DNA from: Gemmatimonadota bacterium
GTDB lineage: Bacteria; Gemmatimonadota; Gemmatimonadetes; Palauibacterales; Palauibacteraceae
Reading direction: 5' to 3'
Assembly (NCBI GenBank): GCA_963666735.1
Contig: OY762926.1
Location: 832,001 to 896,000, forward strand
DNA length: 64,000 nucleotides
A program made the translations under genes and the position numbers. The notes beneath the pieces are model-generated. The model saw nothing but the letters and a program-made list of their open reading frames with translations, ran no database searches and was not told where the DNA came from. Shown here piece by piece: positions 45,511 to 56,009 of the stretch. The number at the start of each line of letters is the position of its first letter. Positions within the stretch are counted from its first letter, which is position 1.

Positions 45511-45771
45511 ATGTCGAACCCAGCAGGCGGCGGCGCGGAATCAGGCGCGCACAGGCCGTATGTCCCCGCCTCGCAATCCCTGCCCGAAATCACCGGCAAG
45601 GCGATCGTCCCCGGCATCCTCCTCGCGATCCCGTTCGCGGTCTGGCAGAGCACGGACGTGATGACCATCGCGCCGGATGGATTCGAGACGGCCGCGAGCT
45701 GGATCGGCGCGGCGGCCGCGGTCGGATTCATATTCTGGCTCTACCGCGCCTCGCTGCGCGCCTCCGAATGA
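45511..45771 (+). pseudogene. Internally deleted OPT-family oligopeptide transporter remnant (86 aa)
   Basis: OPT-like N-terminus RPYVPASQSLPEITGKAIV.GILLAI joined directly to a C-terminus-like PFA..final TM. Confidence 0.6.
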
Positions 45772-45797
45772 AGCGAGCGCGCCGGGACGGGGCGGTC

Positions 45798-46142
45798 ATG
45801 AAGGCGATCCTGCTCGTCGCGGGCCTGGCGGCCATCGGCTGCGACGGATCCGGCGGCAGCCTGGACGAAGACACCTACGTTCAGGTCATGGCCAGGCTCA
45901 GCTGGGCCCGGGCGAAGTACGCGGACACGGCGGAGGGCGACTCGGTGCGGGCCGCGGCGCTCGACGAGCATGGCGTGACCGGGCAGCAGCTCGATGAATT
46001 CGTCACCCGGTTCGGAGACGACCCGAGACGCATGCACCGGCTGTGGGAGGCGATTCGTGTCGAGGTGGACGTGCTCGACGGCGTTCCGCGACCGGAATCG
46101 CAGTTGGAGCTACCGGACGCGGAGAGGCACGAAAGCCGTTGA
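45798..46142 (+). CDS. Small lipoprotein (DUF4296-like)
   Basis: MKAILLVAGLAAIGC; LDEHGVT..F..DP..LW. Confidence 0.6.
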   Translation: MKAILLVAGLAAIGCDGSGGSLDEDTYVQVMARLSWARAKYADTAEGDSVRAAALDEHGVTGQQLDEFVTRFGDDPRRMHRLWEAIRVEVDVLDGVPRPESQLELPDAERHESR

Positions 46143-46924
46143 AGGCGCCGAACCTCCTCGCCGCGCCCGGCCGCTCCGCCCGCGCCGCGGCGCTCCACGC
46201 CGGAAGGGCCGGCATGCTGGGCGTCGCGACGTTTCGCGCGCTCGCCCATCCGCGCCGGTACGCGCTGGAGACGATCCAGCACGCAAGGTTCATCGGCCTC
46301 GACAGCCTCCCGCTGGTGCTGCTGATGGGCGCCCTCTCCGGTGCCGTCATGGCGCAGCAGACCATGTATCAGCTCTCCCCGGGGCTGCCGAGGGAGATCG
46401 TCGCGGGCGGCGTCGTGGGCGGCATGCTGACGGAACTGGGACCCGTCCTGACGGCGGTCGTCCTCGCGGGACGCGTCGGCGCGGCGATCGGGGCCGAACT
46501 CGGCACGATGAAGGTGACGAACCAGATCGACGCGCTGCTGACGATGGGCCGGGATCCCGTCGTGGAACTCGTGGTCCCGCGGGTCGTGGCGGGAACCCTC
46601 ATTCTGATCCCGCTCGTCATGCTCGCCAACGCGATGGGGATCTTCAGCGGCTACGTGACATCGGTCGGCATCCTCGGACTGAGTACGGGAGAGTACGTGG
46701 ATGGGGCCAAGGGATATTATCACCACGGCGCGCTGATCTTCTCGCTCGTGAAGGCGGTCGCGTACGGATTCGCGATCACGTTCATCTCGAGCCACGTGGG
46801 GCTGCGCGCGAGCGGCGGAGCGGCGGGCGTGGGCCGCACGGCGACGAGGGCGGTGGTCGCCATCATCGTCTCGATCATGGTCCTGGACACCGTACTCGGT
46901 CCGGTGTACAAGACGCTCACGTGA
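46139..46924 (+). CDS. mlaE: MlaE-family ABC permease
   Basis: ELGPVL, AGRVGAAIGAELGTMKV, LVVPR, GAAGVGR; TTG start overlapping the previous stop. Confidence 0.92.
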   Translation: MKAPNLLAAPGRSARAAALHAGRAGMLGVATFRALAHPRRYALETIQHARFIGLDSLPLVLLMGALSGAVMAQQTMYQLSPGLPREIVAGGVVGGMLTELGPVLTAVVLAGRVGAAIGAELGTMKVTNQIDALLTMGRDPVVELVVPRVVAGTLILIPLVMLANAMGIFSGYVTSVGILGLSTGEYVDGAKGYYHHGALIFSLVKAVAYGFAITFISSHVGLRASGGAAGVGRTATRAVVAIIVSIMVLDTVLGPVYKTLT

Positions 46925-47667
46925 TCAGGATCATCGGCGTGCACAAGTGGCTCGGGGGGCGCCCGATCCTGAGCGGGGTGGATCTCGATGTGCGGGAAGG
47001 TGAAACCCTCGCGATCATGGGGCCGTCAGGGACGGGCAAGAGCGTCCTCCTCAAACACATCGTCGGCCTCTTCGATCCGGACGCCGGAGATATCCTCGTC
47101 GACGGGATTTCGGTACCGTCGGCCGACCGCGCCGAGATGGCCGCCGTTCGCACGAGAACCGCCTACGTGTTCCAGAATTCCGCCCTCTTCGATTCCATGA
47201 CGGTGCGGGGAAACCTGCTGATGGGTCTCCCACCCGGTTTCTGTCGCGGCCGCGCCGCCAGGTGCGAGGAACTGGTCCGCGCCGCGCTCGATCACGTGAA
47301 CCTCGATCCGGAAGTGCTGACGCTCCTGCCGGCCGAACTCTCCGGAGGCATGCAGCGGCGGGTCGCCATCGCGCGCGCCATCATCGGGAAGCGCCGCTAC
47401 GTCCTGTACGATGAGCCCACCACGGGACTGGACCCCGTCAACGCGACCCGGATCAACCGCCTGATCGCGCGCGTGAGCGAGGAAGTCGATGCGACGAGTA
47501 TCGTCGTGACCCACGACGTGGAGTCCGCCTTCTTCCTGGCCGACCGCATCGCCCTCCTTTCGGACGGCGTCGTCGCGGCGGAGGGTACGCCGCAACAGCT
47601 GCGCGAGACGGACAACCGGGCCGTGCGCGAGTTTCTCGACGCGGCGCCCACGCGGGGTCCCGCGTGA
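46921..47667 (+). CDS. mlaF: MlaF-family ABC ATPase
   Basis: GPSGTGKS, FQNSALFDS, LSGGMQRR, YDEPTTGLDP, VTHD. Confidence 0.92.
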   Translation: MIRIIGVHKWLGGRPILSGVDLDVREGETLAIMGPSGTGKSVLLKHIVGLFDPDAGDILVDGISVPSADRAEMAAVRTRTAYVFQNSALFDSMTVRGNLLMGLPPGFCRGRAARCEELVRAALDHVNLDPEVLTLLPAELSGGMQRRVAIARAIIGKRRYVLYDEPTTGLDPVNATRINRLIARVSEEVDATSIVVTHDVESAFFLADRIALLSDGVVAAEGTPQQLRETDNRAVREFLDAAPTRGPA

Positions 47668-48587
47668 GGGATCCGGGGCTCCGCGACCGCGGCGTCGAGG
47701 TCCGGGTCGGCGTATTCGTCATCCTTGCCGCAGCCGTCATCGTGGCGGGTCTGTTCTGGATATCGGGCTCGCCGTTTCGCGGCCCCACGATCCGCGTGTG
47801 GGGGATCGCGGCGAACGCGAACCGGATCGCGGCCGCATCGCCCGTTCTGCTGCGCGGCGTGGAGGTCGGCACGGTGGACGAAGTCGCGCTCGAAGCGGAG
47901 CGCGTCGTCCTCGCGATGACGCTCTCCTCGCGGGTCCAGCTGCCGGCGGACACCCGGGGCACCATCCAACCGGACGGTTTCCTGGGCCAGCAGCTCGTCG
48001 AGCTCACGCCGGGGACGAGTGCCCGAGCGCTGACGGAGGGCGATACGCTCTCCCTCGACCGCCGATCCGACCTCACGTCGCTGGCGTCGACCCTCGGGGA
48101 CGAGGTGGGCTCGCTGATCGGGGAGATGGAATCGCTGCTCGACGGCGGCCTGACCGAGAACGTCGTCTCCGGATCGGAAGCCTTCACGCTCGCGATGCGG
48201 GAACTTGCCGGGATTCTCGAGACCGAGCGCACGTCGGTCGGCAGCCTGCTCGCCAACATGGACACCCTGTCGAATCGGCTCGCGGGAATGACCGGGTCCG
48301 GGGAAGTCGAGCGCACGCTCGCCAACCTCGACACGCTCTCGTCCCGGCTCGCCGGCGCGAGCGTGGATTTCTCGACCGCCGCCCGATCCCTCGCGGAGAT
48401 CACGCGAGGGCTGGAAGGCGGCGAGGGAACGCTCGGAAAGTTCCTGCGCGAAGACGCGGTCCACGATGAACTGCTGGAGACGCTGGGGACTCTGCGCGCC
48501 GCCGGCGAGGAACTCGCCCTCCTCCTGCGGGACGTCCGCGAGCGGCCGGATCGTTACCTCACGGACCTCAAGGTCTCGGTCTTCTAG
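47664..48587 (+). CDS. mlaD: MlaD/MCE-family protein
   Basis: N-terminal TM, V..RGVEVG.V, GFLG..VELTPG, helical region, GTLGK. Confidence 0.88.
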   Translation: MRDPGLRDRGVEVRVGVFVILAAAVIVAGLFWISGSPFRGPTIRVWGIAANANRIAAASPVLLRGVEVGTVDEVALEAERVVLAMTLSSRVQLPADTRGTIQPDGFLGQQLVELTPGTSARALTEGDTLSLDRRSDLTSLASTLGDEVGSLIGEMESLLDGGLTENVVSGSEAFTLAMRELAGILETERTSVGSLLANMDTLSNRLAGMTGSGEVERTLANLDTLSSRLAGASVDFSTAARSLAEITRGLEGGEGTLGKFLREDAVHDELLETLGTLRAAGEELALLLRDVRERPDRYLTDLKVSVF

Positions 48588-48590
48588 ATT

Positions 48591-49388
48591 CTAGAGCCCG
48601 GTCGGTACGTCGAAGAAGGTGTGCTCCACGTCAAAATGCTCTGCGGCGCGCGCCGCCAGAGCCCGGATGCCGAGCGTCTCCGTCCCGTAGTGGCCCGCAT
48701 AGATCACGTTGATCCCGAGCTCCATCGCTTCGTGGTACGTGTGGTGGTTCCCCTCCCCCGTGAGGAAGGTGTCGGCTCCCGCCATGGCGGCGGCCTCGAT
48801 CATCGAACCCGCGCCGCCCGTGACGATGGCGAGCCGCGACACGCGTTTCGGCCCCCCGGGGATCACGACGGGGGCTCGTCCGCAGGCGGCTTCGGCCCGA
48901 GCCGCGAGTTCGCCGCGAGACGCGTCGACCGCGCCAATGACGCCGATTCCGTCATTCCCCTTGAAGGACCCGAAAGGTTCGATGTCCCCGAGGCGGAGTT
49001 CGGCGGCGAGGAGGACGTTGTTTCCGATGCGGGGATGCGCGTCGAGCGGAAGGTGCGCCGAGTACAGCCCCATCCCGCTCTCCACGAGGCGGCGGCAGCG
49101 CTCGTACGCGGGGCCGACGAAGGGACGCAGGCCACCCCAGAACAGTCCGTGGTGGACGAGGAGAATCCCGCACCCGGCGCCGGCCGCGAGGTCGATCGTG
49201 GCCTGGCAGGCATCCGTCGCCGCACCGATGCGGACGACGGCGCGGCGCCCGTCGACCTGCAGCCCGTTCAGGGCGAAGGGGTAGTCCTCGATTCCGGCGA
49301 CGTCGAGGAAATCATCGAGCCAGACGGCAACTTCCCGGCAGTTCGGGCCGCTCCCGACCCCGGATCCCGCCACGGAGGCTACTCCCAC
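48591..49388 (-). CDS. Nif3-like dinuclear metal center protein
   Basis: NGLQV, VHHGLFW, HLPLDAH, TGE, AGHY.TE..G; start uncertain. Confidence 0.9.
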   Translation of the reverse strand: MGVASVAGSGVGSGPNCREVAVWLDDFLDVAGIEDYPFALNGLQVDGRRAVVRIGAATDACQATIDLAAGAGCGILLVHHGLFWGGLRPFVGPAYERCRRLVESGMGLYSAHLPLDAHPRIGNNVLLAAELRLGDIEPFGSFKGNDGIGVIGAVDASRGELAARAEAACGRAPVVIPGGPKRVSRLAIVTGGAGSMIEAAAMAGADTFLTGEGNHHTYHEAMELGINVIYAGHYGTETLGIRALAARAAEHFDVEHTFFDVPTGL

Positions 49389-50914
49389 TCGATCGTCGCG
49401 GGGGGCTTCGAGGACACATCGTAGGTCACCCGGTTCACCCCCTTCACCTCGTTGATGATGCGGTTGGAGATCCGGCCCAGCACGTCGTGGGGGAACGGGA
49501 ACCAGTCGGCCGTCATTCCGTCCAGCGACGTCACCGCGCGCAGCGCGACGACGTTCTCGTACGTGCGCGCATCCCCCATGACGCCGACCGACTGAACGGG
49601 CAGGAGGACGGCGAACGCCTGCCAGATCTCATCGTAGAGGCCCGCCTCGCGAATCTCATCGAGATAGATCGCGTCCACGTCTCGCAGCGCAGCCAGTTTC
49701 TCTCGCGTCACGTCGCCGAGAATGCGGATGGCGAGGCCGGGGCCGGGGAAGGGATGACGCCCCACGATCTCCTCCGAAAGGCCCAGCTCGCGGCCGACGG
49801 CGCGCACCTCGTCCTTGAAAAGCTCGCGAAGAGGCTCGACGAGTTCGAACGGGTGATCCGGACGGAGTCCCCCGACGTTGTGGTGGGACTTGATCATCAC
49901 CGACGGTCCCCACACGGAGACGGACTCGATCACGTCGGGGTAGAGCGTTCCCTGCACGAGGAAACGCGCGTCGCCGTGCCGGCCCGCCGCCTCCTCGAAC
50001 ACGTCGATGAAGGTGTGGCCGATGATGACCCGCTTCTCCTCGGGTTCCTCGACGCCGGCGAGGCGGTCGAGGAAGAGGTCGGCCGCGTCGACGACCTCGA
50101 GCCGCATCCCCATGTGTTCGCCGAACACCGCCTCCACCGCGTCTCGTTCACCCTTCCGCAGCAGACCCGTGTCGACGAAGATGCAGGTGAGCCGGTCTCC
50201 CACCGCCCGCTGCACGAGGGCGGCGGCCACGGAGCTGTCCACGCCGCCGGAGAGGCCGCAGATGACGTGCCCGTTCTCCACCGTCTCGCGAACCGCGGCG
50301 AGTTGGTGATCGATGATGTTCGCGGCGTTCCAGCTCATCTCGCAGCCGGCGATCTCGAACAGGAAGTTCCGCAGCATCTCTCCGCCGCGCGTCGTATGGG
50401 CGACCTCCGGGTGGAACTGCACGCCCCAGATCCGCCGTTCCTCGGACCGGATCGCGGCGATGGAGTTCTCGGTCGTCGCCGAGACCTCGAAGCCCGGAGG
50501 CAGCGCGTGGAGCGAGTCGCCGTGGCTCATCCAGACCTGGGTAGGCTCGTCATCGGCAAACCCGTGGAAGAAGGGATCCTTGGACCGCACCCTGAGTTCG
50601 GCCCGCCCGTACTCCCGGCGTTCGGCCTGCTGCACTTCGCCCCCGACAAGATCCGCGACGAGCTGCATTCCGTAGCAGATCCCGAGAATCGGGACACCCA
50701 TGTCGAGGGTCTCGGGCTGGGCCGTGGGGACGCCCTCGTCGTATACGCTCGCCGGCCCTCCGGAGAGGACGATGGCCGCCGGATCGTAGCGGCGGACCCA
50801 CGCCGGACTCCGCGTCGGCGGATGCACCTCGCAGTACACGCCCTCCTCGCGAATGCGGCGCGCGATGAGCTGCGTGAACTGGGACCCGAAATCGAAGATG
50901 AGAACGCGACTCAC
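49379..50914 (-). CDS. guaA: GMP synthase (glutamine-hydrolysing)
   Basis: [41 protein letters not shown]. Confidence 0.97.
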   Translation of the reverse strand: MSRVLIFDFGSQFTQLIARRIREEGVYCEVHPPTRSPAWVRRYDPAAIVLSGGPASVYDEGVPTAQPETLDMGVPILGICYGMQLVADLVGGEVQQAERREYGRAELRVRSKDPFFHGFADDEPTQVWMSHGDSLHALPPGFEVSATTENSIAAIRSEERRIWGVQFHPEVAHTTRGGEMLRNFLFEIAGCEMSWNAANIIDHQLAAVRETVENGHVICGLSGGVDSSVAAALVQRAVGDRLTCIFVDTGLLRKGERDAVEAVFGEHMGMRLEVVDAADLFLDRLAGVEEPEEKRVIIGHTFIDVFEEAAGRHGDARFLVQGTLYPDVIESVSVWGPSVMIKSHHNVGGLRPDHPFELVEPLRELFKDEVRAVGRELGLSEEIVGRHPFPGPGLAIRILGDVTREKLAALRDVDAIYLDEIREAGLYDEIWQAFAVLLPVQSVGVMGDARTYENVVALRAVTSLDGMTADWFPFPHDVLGRISNRIINEVKGVNRVTYDVSSKPPATIEWE

Positions 50915-52224
50915 CGCACTTCCTCTCCTCTCGCTTCGCCGGGTGGCCTGGCCAGCGTCTCGATCGCGACCTCCCGTTCCTCGCCGGAGGCCATGTCGCG
51001 GACGACCGCGACGCCCCGCTCCACTTCCCGCGGCCCGAGTACGATGGTGCGACCGGCGCCCGCCTGGTGGGCGGCCTTGAACTGGCGTCCGACGCCGCGC
51101 GGCCGAAGGTCGTAGAGCACCCGCCGTCCCCGGTCGCGCAGGGAGCGGGCCAGGCCGAGCGCCAGCGGTCGCTCCCCATCCGAGACACAGACGATGTAAT
51201 CGTCCACGCGGGGAGGCGTGCCGGGCACGAGGCCACGGTCCTTGAGCAATTCCGCCAGGACCACATCCCCCATGCCGAAGCCGAGCGCCGGAAGATCCAC
51301 GCCTCCCAGCGCCTTCAGGAGGTCATCATAGCGTCCGCCCCCGCAGATCGCGCGCAGTTCACCCCGGCGATCCCAGATCTCGAACACGGTCCCCGTGTAG
51401 TAGGCAAGTCCGCGGACCAGACCCGCGTCGAACCTGACGAAGTCGGCGAAGCCCGTCGCGCCGAGGTGCGCGAACACGGTGGACAGCCGGCCGGCCGCCT
51501 CCGCGATCGCTTCGTCTCCCCGGTGCGCCGCCGCCAATTCCTCGAGCGGGAGCCGGATGGCCGCCAGCAGGCGCGTCGCCGCCTCGCGCTCCACGCCCTG
51601 TGCCGCGAGCCGCCCGCGGACCCCGTCCGCCCCTTCCTTCTCGAGCCGGTCCAGGGCGCCGAACACCGGAACATGGTCTTCGGCGGCGATTCCGTGCGCG
51701 TCGAGGAGCGCGCCGATGAGACGCCGGTCCGAAATGCGGACCACGATGTCCGCGGCCTCCAGGCCGAGTTCCCGCAGCGCGTCGATGCCCGCGCCGATGA
51801 TCTCCGAGTCGGAGAGCGGGTTCGTCTCGCCGACGATGTCCATGTTGAGCTGAAAGTGCTCGCGGAGCCGGCCGCGTTGCGGCCGTTCGTAGCGGAAGAG
51901 CTGCGGGATCGAGAACCAGCGTACCGGCTTGGCGAGTCCCCCGGCGCGGGTGGCGATCATGCGCGCGAAGGTCGGCGTCATCTCGGGCCGCAACGCTACG
52001 GCCCGGCCCCCCTTGTCCTCGAACTCGTACAGCTGGCCCACGATCTCGTCGCCCGACTTCCGCGTGTAGAGTTCGAGCGCCTCGAGCGGAGGTCCGTCGT
52101 ACTCCGTGAATCCGTAGCGGGCGCCGACCCTCCGCCAGGCCGAGAAGATGTGTCGGCGAAGGGCCAGTTCCTCGGGGAAGAAGTCTCGGAAGCCGGGCAG
52201 TCCGCGGATCTCCCCGGAACGCAC
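50911..52224 (-). CDS. hisS: Histidine--tRNA ligase
   Basis: [34 protein letters not shown]; start GTG 52224. Confidence 0.95.
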   Translation of the reverse strand: MRSGEIRGLPGFRDFFPEELALRRHIFSAWRRVGARYGFTEYDGPPLEALELYTRKSGDEIVGQLYEFEDKGGRAVALRPEMTPTFARMIATRAGGLAKPVRWFSIPQLFRYERPQRGRLREHFQLNMDIVGETNPLSDSEIIGAGIDALRELGLEAADIVVRISDRRLIGALLDAHGIAAEDHVPVFGALDRLEKEGADGVRGRLAAQGVEREAATRLLAAIRLPLEELAAAHRGDEAIAEAAGRLSTVFAHLGATGFADFVRFDAGLVRGLAYYTGTVFEIWDRRGELRAICGGGRYDDLLKALGGVDLPALGFGMGDVVLAELLKDRGLVPGTPPRVDDYIVCVSDGERPLALGLARSLRDRGRRVLYDLRPRGVGRQFKAAHQAGAGRTIVLGPREVERGVAVVRDMASGEEREVAIETLARPPGEARGEEVR

Positions 52225-52228
52225 TAAG

Positions 52229-52651
52229 CTAGCTCGTCGCGCAGTATTGGTCGTACGCCTGTGTAAGATCGGCCGCGATATCGCGGGCCTCGCGGCCCTC
52301 GATCTGGTGTCGCTCGAGCATGAACTGCAGCTCCCCGTCCGAGAGCAACGCGAGAGAAGGCGAAGAGGGTCGGACGCCGGCGAAATACTGCCGCGCGCGC
52401 GCCGTCGCTTCCGCATCCTGCCCGGCGAAGACCGTGACGACGCGATCGGGCTGCTTTCCGTGGCCCATGGCCATCGCGACGGCGGGTCGCGCGTTGCGCG
52501 CCGCGCAGCCGCAGACGGAGTTCACGACGACGAGCGTCTCCCCGTCGGCCCCCAGGGCTTCATCCACTTCATCGGAGGTCCGAAGCTCGCGCACGCCGAG
52601 GCGGGTGAGTTCGTCCCTCATCGGTTGTACCAGTCTGGGATCGTACAGCAT
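52229..52651 (-). CDS. BrxA/BrxB-family bacilliredoxin
   Basis: PMRDELT, NSVCGCAA..ARP, TVFAGQD, PSSPS, RHQIEG. Confidence 0.9.
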   Translation of the reverse strand: MLYDPRLVQPMRDELTRLGVRELRTSDEVDEALGADGETLVVVNSVCGCAARNARPAVAMAMGHGKQPDRVVTVFAGQDAEATARARQYFAGVRPSSPSLALLSDGELQFMLERHQIEGREARDIAADLTQAYDQYCATS

Positions 52652-52653
52652 CT

Positions 52654-53964
52654 CTAGTCTCCTGTCCGTACGCCGGCGAGTTCGGGCATTTCCCGGGCCT
52701 CGCCCACGGTATATGCGGATCCCGTGACCAACAGCGTGCCGGGGCCGGCGAGCGTCAGGCCTCGCGCCACCGCTTCGGCCACGTCCCGGCACACGATCGA
52801 TTCGAAACCCCGTTCACGCGACAGCCACTCCTGCGCCCGGGACGGGTCCCATCGCCTCTCCGCGGGGGCGGCTGGTCGAGTCAGAATCATAGTGTCGCTG
52901 TCAAGCGCGAGCCGGGCCAGCGCTCTCTTCCAGTCCTTGTCGGCCAGCATGCCCACGACGGCGACGAGCGGGCGCGCGAGCGACACCTCCGTCAGCGTCT
53001 CGCACAGGACCGCGATGGCTGCCGGATTGTGCGCGATATCGAACACGCAGCCCGGGCGCCCGCCCCCCGGAGGCCGGACCTCGAAACGGCCGGGCAGGCG
53101 CGCGCGCGCGATCCCGCGGCGCGCGGAGCCTTCCTCCGGCGGATAGCCGGAACGGTCCAGCAGCAGGAGGGCAAGCGCCGCGTTGTCCGCCTGGTGCCCG
53201 CCCGGGAGGCCGGTCGCGAGCCGCAGACCGTCGGGACGCGACGCCGACACGTACCGGAAGCACGTCTCCCCGGTTCGCACCTCCACGTCCGACACTTCCG
53301 CTTCCCTTCCGAGGCGCGCAACCGGGGCCCCGACGCCGCGCGCGACGCGCTCGAGTGCCGCGAGCGGAAGCGGGTCGATGCGGCCGAGGCAGGCCGGCGC
53401 TCCCGGCTTGAAGATTCCCCCCTTTTCCCTCGCGATCGCTTCGGTGGACTCGCCGAGCCATTCCGTGTGGTCGAGGCTGATCGGAGTGATCGCCGTGGCG
53501 GCGGGACGAAGGACGTTCGTCGCGTCGAGGCGGCCGCCGAGACCGGTTTCGACGACGGCCACTTCCACGCCGCACTCCGCGAAGCAGGTGAAGGCGAGGG
53601 CCGTGGCCGCCTCGAAGTACGTGCAGGCTTCCGTCGCTTCGCAGCCGATGACGCGGGCGGCCGCGACTTGAAGCGCCGACTCCGCCACCCGGGTTCCGTC
53701 GATCAGAAACCGTTCCCGAACGTCGTCGAGGTGCGGCGAGGTGTAGAGGCCCGTGCGCCTCCCGCCATCCTCGAGCATCGACGCCGCGAAGCACGCGGTC
53801 GACCCCTTGCCGTTCGTGCCCGCGATGTGGAGGGCGTCGAAGCGTCGTTCCGGCCGGCCCAACTCCGCCAGGAGCGCTTCAATTCTGTCGAGACCCCAGC
53901 GGATCGCGGTGACGGGACGGGAGTCGAACAGGGCCGCGACGGCGTCCCCATCCCCGTTCAGCAC
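52654..53964 (-). CDS. folC: Folylpolyglutamate/dihydrofolate synthase
   Basis: HIAGTNGKGS, YTSPHL, ETGLGGRLDATN, DH, PGRFE, D.AHNP. Confidence 0.93.
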   Translation of the reverse strand: MLNGDGDAVAALFDSRPVTAIRWGLDRIEALLAELGRPERRFDALHIAGTNGKGSTACFAASMLEDGGRRTGLYTSPHLDDVRERFLIDGTRVAESALQVAAARVIGCEATEACTYFEAATALAFTCFAECGVEVAVVETGLGGRLDATNVLRPAATAITPISLDHTEWLGESTEAIAREKGGIFKPGAPACLGRIDPLPLAALERVARGVGAPVARLGREAEVSDVEVRTGETCFRYVSASRPDGLRLATGLPGGHQADNAALALLLLDRSGYPPEEGSARRGIARARLPGRFEVRPPGGGRPGCVFDIAHNPAAIAVLCETLTEVSLARPLVAVVGMLADKDWKRALARLALDSDTMILTRPAAPAERRWDPSRAQEWLSRERGFESIVCRDVAEAVARGLTLAGPGTLLVTGSAYTVGEAREMPELAGVRTGD

Positions 53965-54794
53965 ATGTGATCCAGGAGGCTCGCGAGGGCGCCGCGCATC
54001 TCTGGACGCGGGACGATGCGGTCGATCATTCCGTGCTCCTCGAGAAACTCCGCGGTCTGGAATCCCTCCGGAAGGTCCTGCCGGATGGTTTCCTTGATCA
54101 CGCGCGGGCCCGCGAAGCCGATCAAGGCGCCGGGTTCCGCGAGAATCACATCCCCCAGCATCGCGTAGGATGCCGTCACGCCGCCCGTGGTCGGGTTCGT
54201 GAGGACGCTCACGTAGGGGATGCCCGCACTCGCGAGTTGCTCGAGCGCGGCTGCCGTCTTTCCCATCTGCATGAGGGAAAGGATCCCTTCCTGCATCCGC
54301 GCCCCGCCGGACGCGGAGATGATGATGAGCGGCACCCGGCGCTCCAGCGAGCGGTCGGCGAGACGGCGGATCTTCTCGCCCACCACCGAACCCATGGACC
54401 CGCCGATGAAGCGGAAATCCATGGTCCCGAGGTGAACTTCCCTGCCTCCGATCTCACCACGCCCGGTCCGGATGGCATCCTGATCGCCGCCGCGCTGCTC
54501 CGCCTGATCGATGCGTTCGGCATAACTCCGGGAATCGACGAACCCGAGCGGGTCGGTGGAGCGCAGGTGCCCATCGTGGAGTTCGGCGAGGCCGCCGCCG
54601 TCGAGCAGCATGGCCTCGTAGGACTCCGCGGTGATGCGAAAATGATGGCCGCAGTTGGGACAGACGTGGAGATTCTCCTCCAGCCGTCCGCTGTAGAGGA
54701 TCTCGCCGCACCCGGCGCACCGATCCCACACGTCGCCCGGGAGCTCGCGCTTCTGCGAGACCAGCTTGCGCTTTGGTTTGCTGAACCAGGACAC
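53958..54794 (-). CDS. accD: Acetyl-CoA carboxylase carboxyltransferase beta
   Basis: C4 zinc finger, GGSMGSVVGE, SGGARMQE, PTTGGVTAS, GFAGPRVI. Confidence 0.96.
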   Translation of the reverse strand: MSWFSKPKRKLVSQKRELPGDVWDRCAGCGEILYSGRLEENLHVCPNCGHHFRITAESYEAMLLDGGGLAELHDGHLRSTDPLGFVDSRSYAERIDQAEQRGGDQDAIRTGRGEIGGREVHLGTMDFRFIGGSMGSVVGEKIRRLADRSLERRVPLIIISASGGARMQEGILSLMQMGKTAAALEQLASAGIPYVSVLTNPTTGGVTASYAMLGDVILAEPGALIGFAGPRVIKETIRQDLPEGFQTAEFLEEHGMIDRIVPRPEMRGALASLLDHMC

Positions 54795-56009
54795 TCAGGC
54801 CTCCCAGGCCACGCGCTGTACGATTCCGAAGCCCGCGTAGAGCACGAGCAGGAAGCTCCCCCCGTAGCTGAGGAGCGGCAAGGGCAGTCCGGTCACGGGC
54901 ATCATGCCGACCGTCATCCCCAGGTTCACCACGATGTGCGTCAGGAGCACCGCGAAAAGGCAGAAGGCGATCAGGCTTCCGAACGGGTCATCCATCGAGG
55001 ATGCCACCCCAAGCACGCGCCAGAGGAGGAAGGCGAAGAGCACCAGGAACAGCATCACGCCTACGAATCCGAACTCCTCCCCCACGACGGAGAAGATGAA
55101 GTCCGTATGCTGCTCCGGGAGGAAGGCGAGCCGCTTCTGCGGGCCGTTGGCGAAGCCGGCGCCGATGAGTCCGCCGGAGCCGATGGCGACCTTCGACTGG
55201 ATGAGATGCCAGCCGGCGCCGAGCGGATCGATCTCCGGATCCAGGAAGACGAGAAGCCGGTTCCGCTGATAATCGGCGAGCGAATCCCATATGCGGAGCG
55301 TGAGCGCGCCCGTGAGGACGTTCGCGAGGAGCACGACCACCGACTCCAGGATGAAGGGGCGGTGCACATACAGCGCGGCGACGACGGCGAGGAACCCGAG
55401 GCCCCAGGCGATCCAGTTGAAGCCGAGCAGGAGACTCAGTCCGGGGGACGCGACCAGGAAGATCTTGAACAGCGGGACGCCGCTCCAGAACAGCGTGGCG
55501 ATCAGGAGCGCTCCGAAGATCATGGCGCTCCCGAGGTCCGGCTGCAGCAGCACGAGCGCGAACGGGACGAGCGCGATGACGGCGGGCTTCCAGAGCTCCA
55601 GCAGCCGCTCGTACGGTCCCGGCGTGCCTCCCATGACGCGCGCCAGCATGAGGATCGTCCCCAGCTTCGCGACTTCCGCCGGCTGCAGCCGTCCGGGGCC
55701 GAGTTCGAGCCAGCTCCCGTTCGGGCCCGTGCCGACGACGAACACGAGCACGAGGAGGAGCACGGAGATCCCGTAGGCCCAAGGCGCAAGCCATTCGAGG
55801 AAGCGCAAGGAGAAGCGGGAGGTCACGGCCAACGCGACGATCGCCACGGCGAACGAGTAGAGCTGCCGAACCCAGATTCCCGTGGCCAGCGACGGCACGT
55901 CGACCTGCCCGGCCGAATAGATCATCGCGATCCCGAGCCCGGTCATGAACAGAATCAGCGCGAGGAGCGTCGGATCTCCCACGCCCGGGATTCGCAGCCG
56001 GGCAATCAT
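54795..56009 (-). CDS. rodA: Rod shape-determining protein RodA
   Basis: QPAE.AK, QPDLG, IGSGG, PEQHTDFIF, SYGGS. Confidence 0.95.
   Translation of the reverse strand: MIARLRIPGVGDPTLLALILFMTGLGIAMIYSAGQVDVPSLATGIWVRQLYSFAVAIVALAVTSRFSLRFLEWLAPWAYGISVLLLVLVFVVGTGPNGSWLELGPGRLQPAEVAKLGTILMLARVMGGTPGPYERLLELWKPAVIALVPFALVLLQPDLGSAMIFGALLIATLFWSGVPLFKIFLVASPGLSLLLGFNWIAWGLGFLAVVAALYVHRPFILESVVVLLANVLTGALTLRIWDSLADYQRNRLLVFLDPEIDPLGAGWHLIQSKVAIGSGGLIGAGFANGPQKRLAFLPEQHTDFIFSVVGEEFGFVGVMLFLVLFAFLLWRVLGVASSMDDPFGSLIAFCLFAVLLTHIVVNLGMTVGMMPVTGLPLPLLSYGGSFLLVLYAGFGIVQRVAWEA

Noticed and set aside
48583..48595. TCTAGATTCTAGA palindrome between mlaD and the Nif3 gene
   Set aside because: Largely explained by two convergent TAG stops 3 bp apart
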